From Tepidisphaerales bacterium (GTDB lineage Bacteria; Planctomycetota; Phycisphaerae; Tepidisphaerales; Tepidisphaeraceae): a DNA stretch of 34,376 nt. A model generated the notes under the pieces. That model was not told the DNA's origin. It did not search any database and was given only the letters and a program-made list of their open reading frames with translations. Location: the NCBI GenBank assembly GCA_038247815.1, contig JBBRUM010000001.1, forward strand, positions 1 to 34,376, read 5' to 3'. The translations under genes and the position numbers were made by a program. This document shows, in pieces, positions 34,229-34,376 of the stretch; within the stretch, counting starts at the first letter, position 1; each line of letters begins with the position of its first letter.

Positions 34229-34376
34229 CTTATCGGACCCCTGCTCAACCGCATGACGCTCAGAGGTGCCAGCCCTGCAATGCGCCTGTCCGGGGTCGAA
34301 GGAGGCACCTACGGCATCGAAGCTCTAGACTCCCGCGAAGGCCTCTGCCCATTCCATTTCGCTGCACTCAGACTCG

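Noticed and set aside
34325-34376. The C-terminal 16 codons of a minus-strand ORF entering from beyond the window
   Set aside because: It is too short to evaluate and has no identifiable family. It is mentioned only as context in the last finding.

Overview
High-GC bacterial chromosomal window. The gene content (PEP-CTERM protein, GxxExxY protein, DUF4174, long HTH-extended sigma factor, SpoIIE/PP2C phosphatases) suggests a PVC-type (Planctomycetota/Verrucomicrobiota-like) genome, but that assignment is inference only. Most of the window is housekeeping: a partial PhyH oxygenase, gatB, gltB-gltD, a sigma-70 family factor, a GH26 lipoprotein, a PEP-CTERM protein, a HlyD adaptor plus PP2C phosphatase, a LeuB/TtuC-family dehydrogenase, a second PP2C, trxB, rnpA, a BacNav-type channel, mdh, RNase R, a CysO/MoaD-like carrier, a secreted hypothetical, a ThrC homologue, a YfcE-like phosphoesterase, a GNAT, a decayed YdeI-family gene, an O-methyltransferase, DUF4174 and a secreted hypothetical. 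I saw no rRNA, tRNA, CRISPR array or transposase. The most interesting signal is a hand-recognisable SAM-I (S-box) riboswitch with its own terminator on the minus strand (about 29331-29572). It sits directly in front of a zinc-ribbon threonine-synthase homologue that is co-oriented with a CysO-type sulfur-carrier protein ending in GG-Arg. This points to a SAM-repressed, protein-thiocarboxylate-dependent homocysteine (methionine) route rather than threonine synthesis. Other notable items: (1) a low-GC GxxExxY PD-(D/E)XK gene wedged between gltB and gltD and bracketed by a 29-nt inverted repeat built from tandem decamers; (2) a similar ORF-less inverted-repeat element upstream of gatB; (3) four exact-period 16-bp tandem quasi-palindromes in the thrC-like/yfcE-like divergent promoter region; (4) an orphan MazE-type antitoxin inactivated by an in-frame CGA->TGA change; (5) a YdeI-family pseudogene with two compensating frameshifts; (6) an RNase R with an extreme Gly/Arg (RGG-like) tail; (7) a BacNav channel with a TLEGWPD filter. 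The many long ORFs antisense to real genes are high-GC shadow frames.
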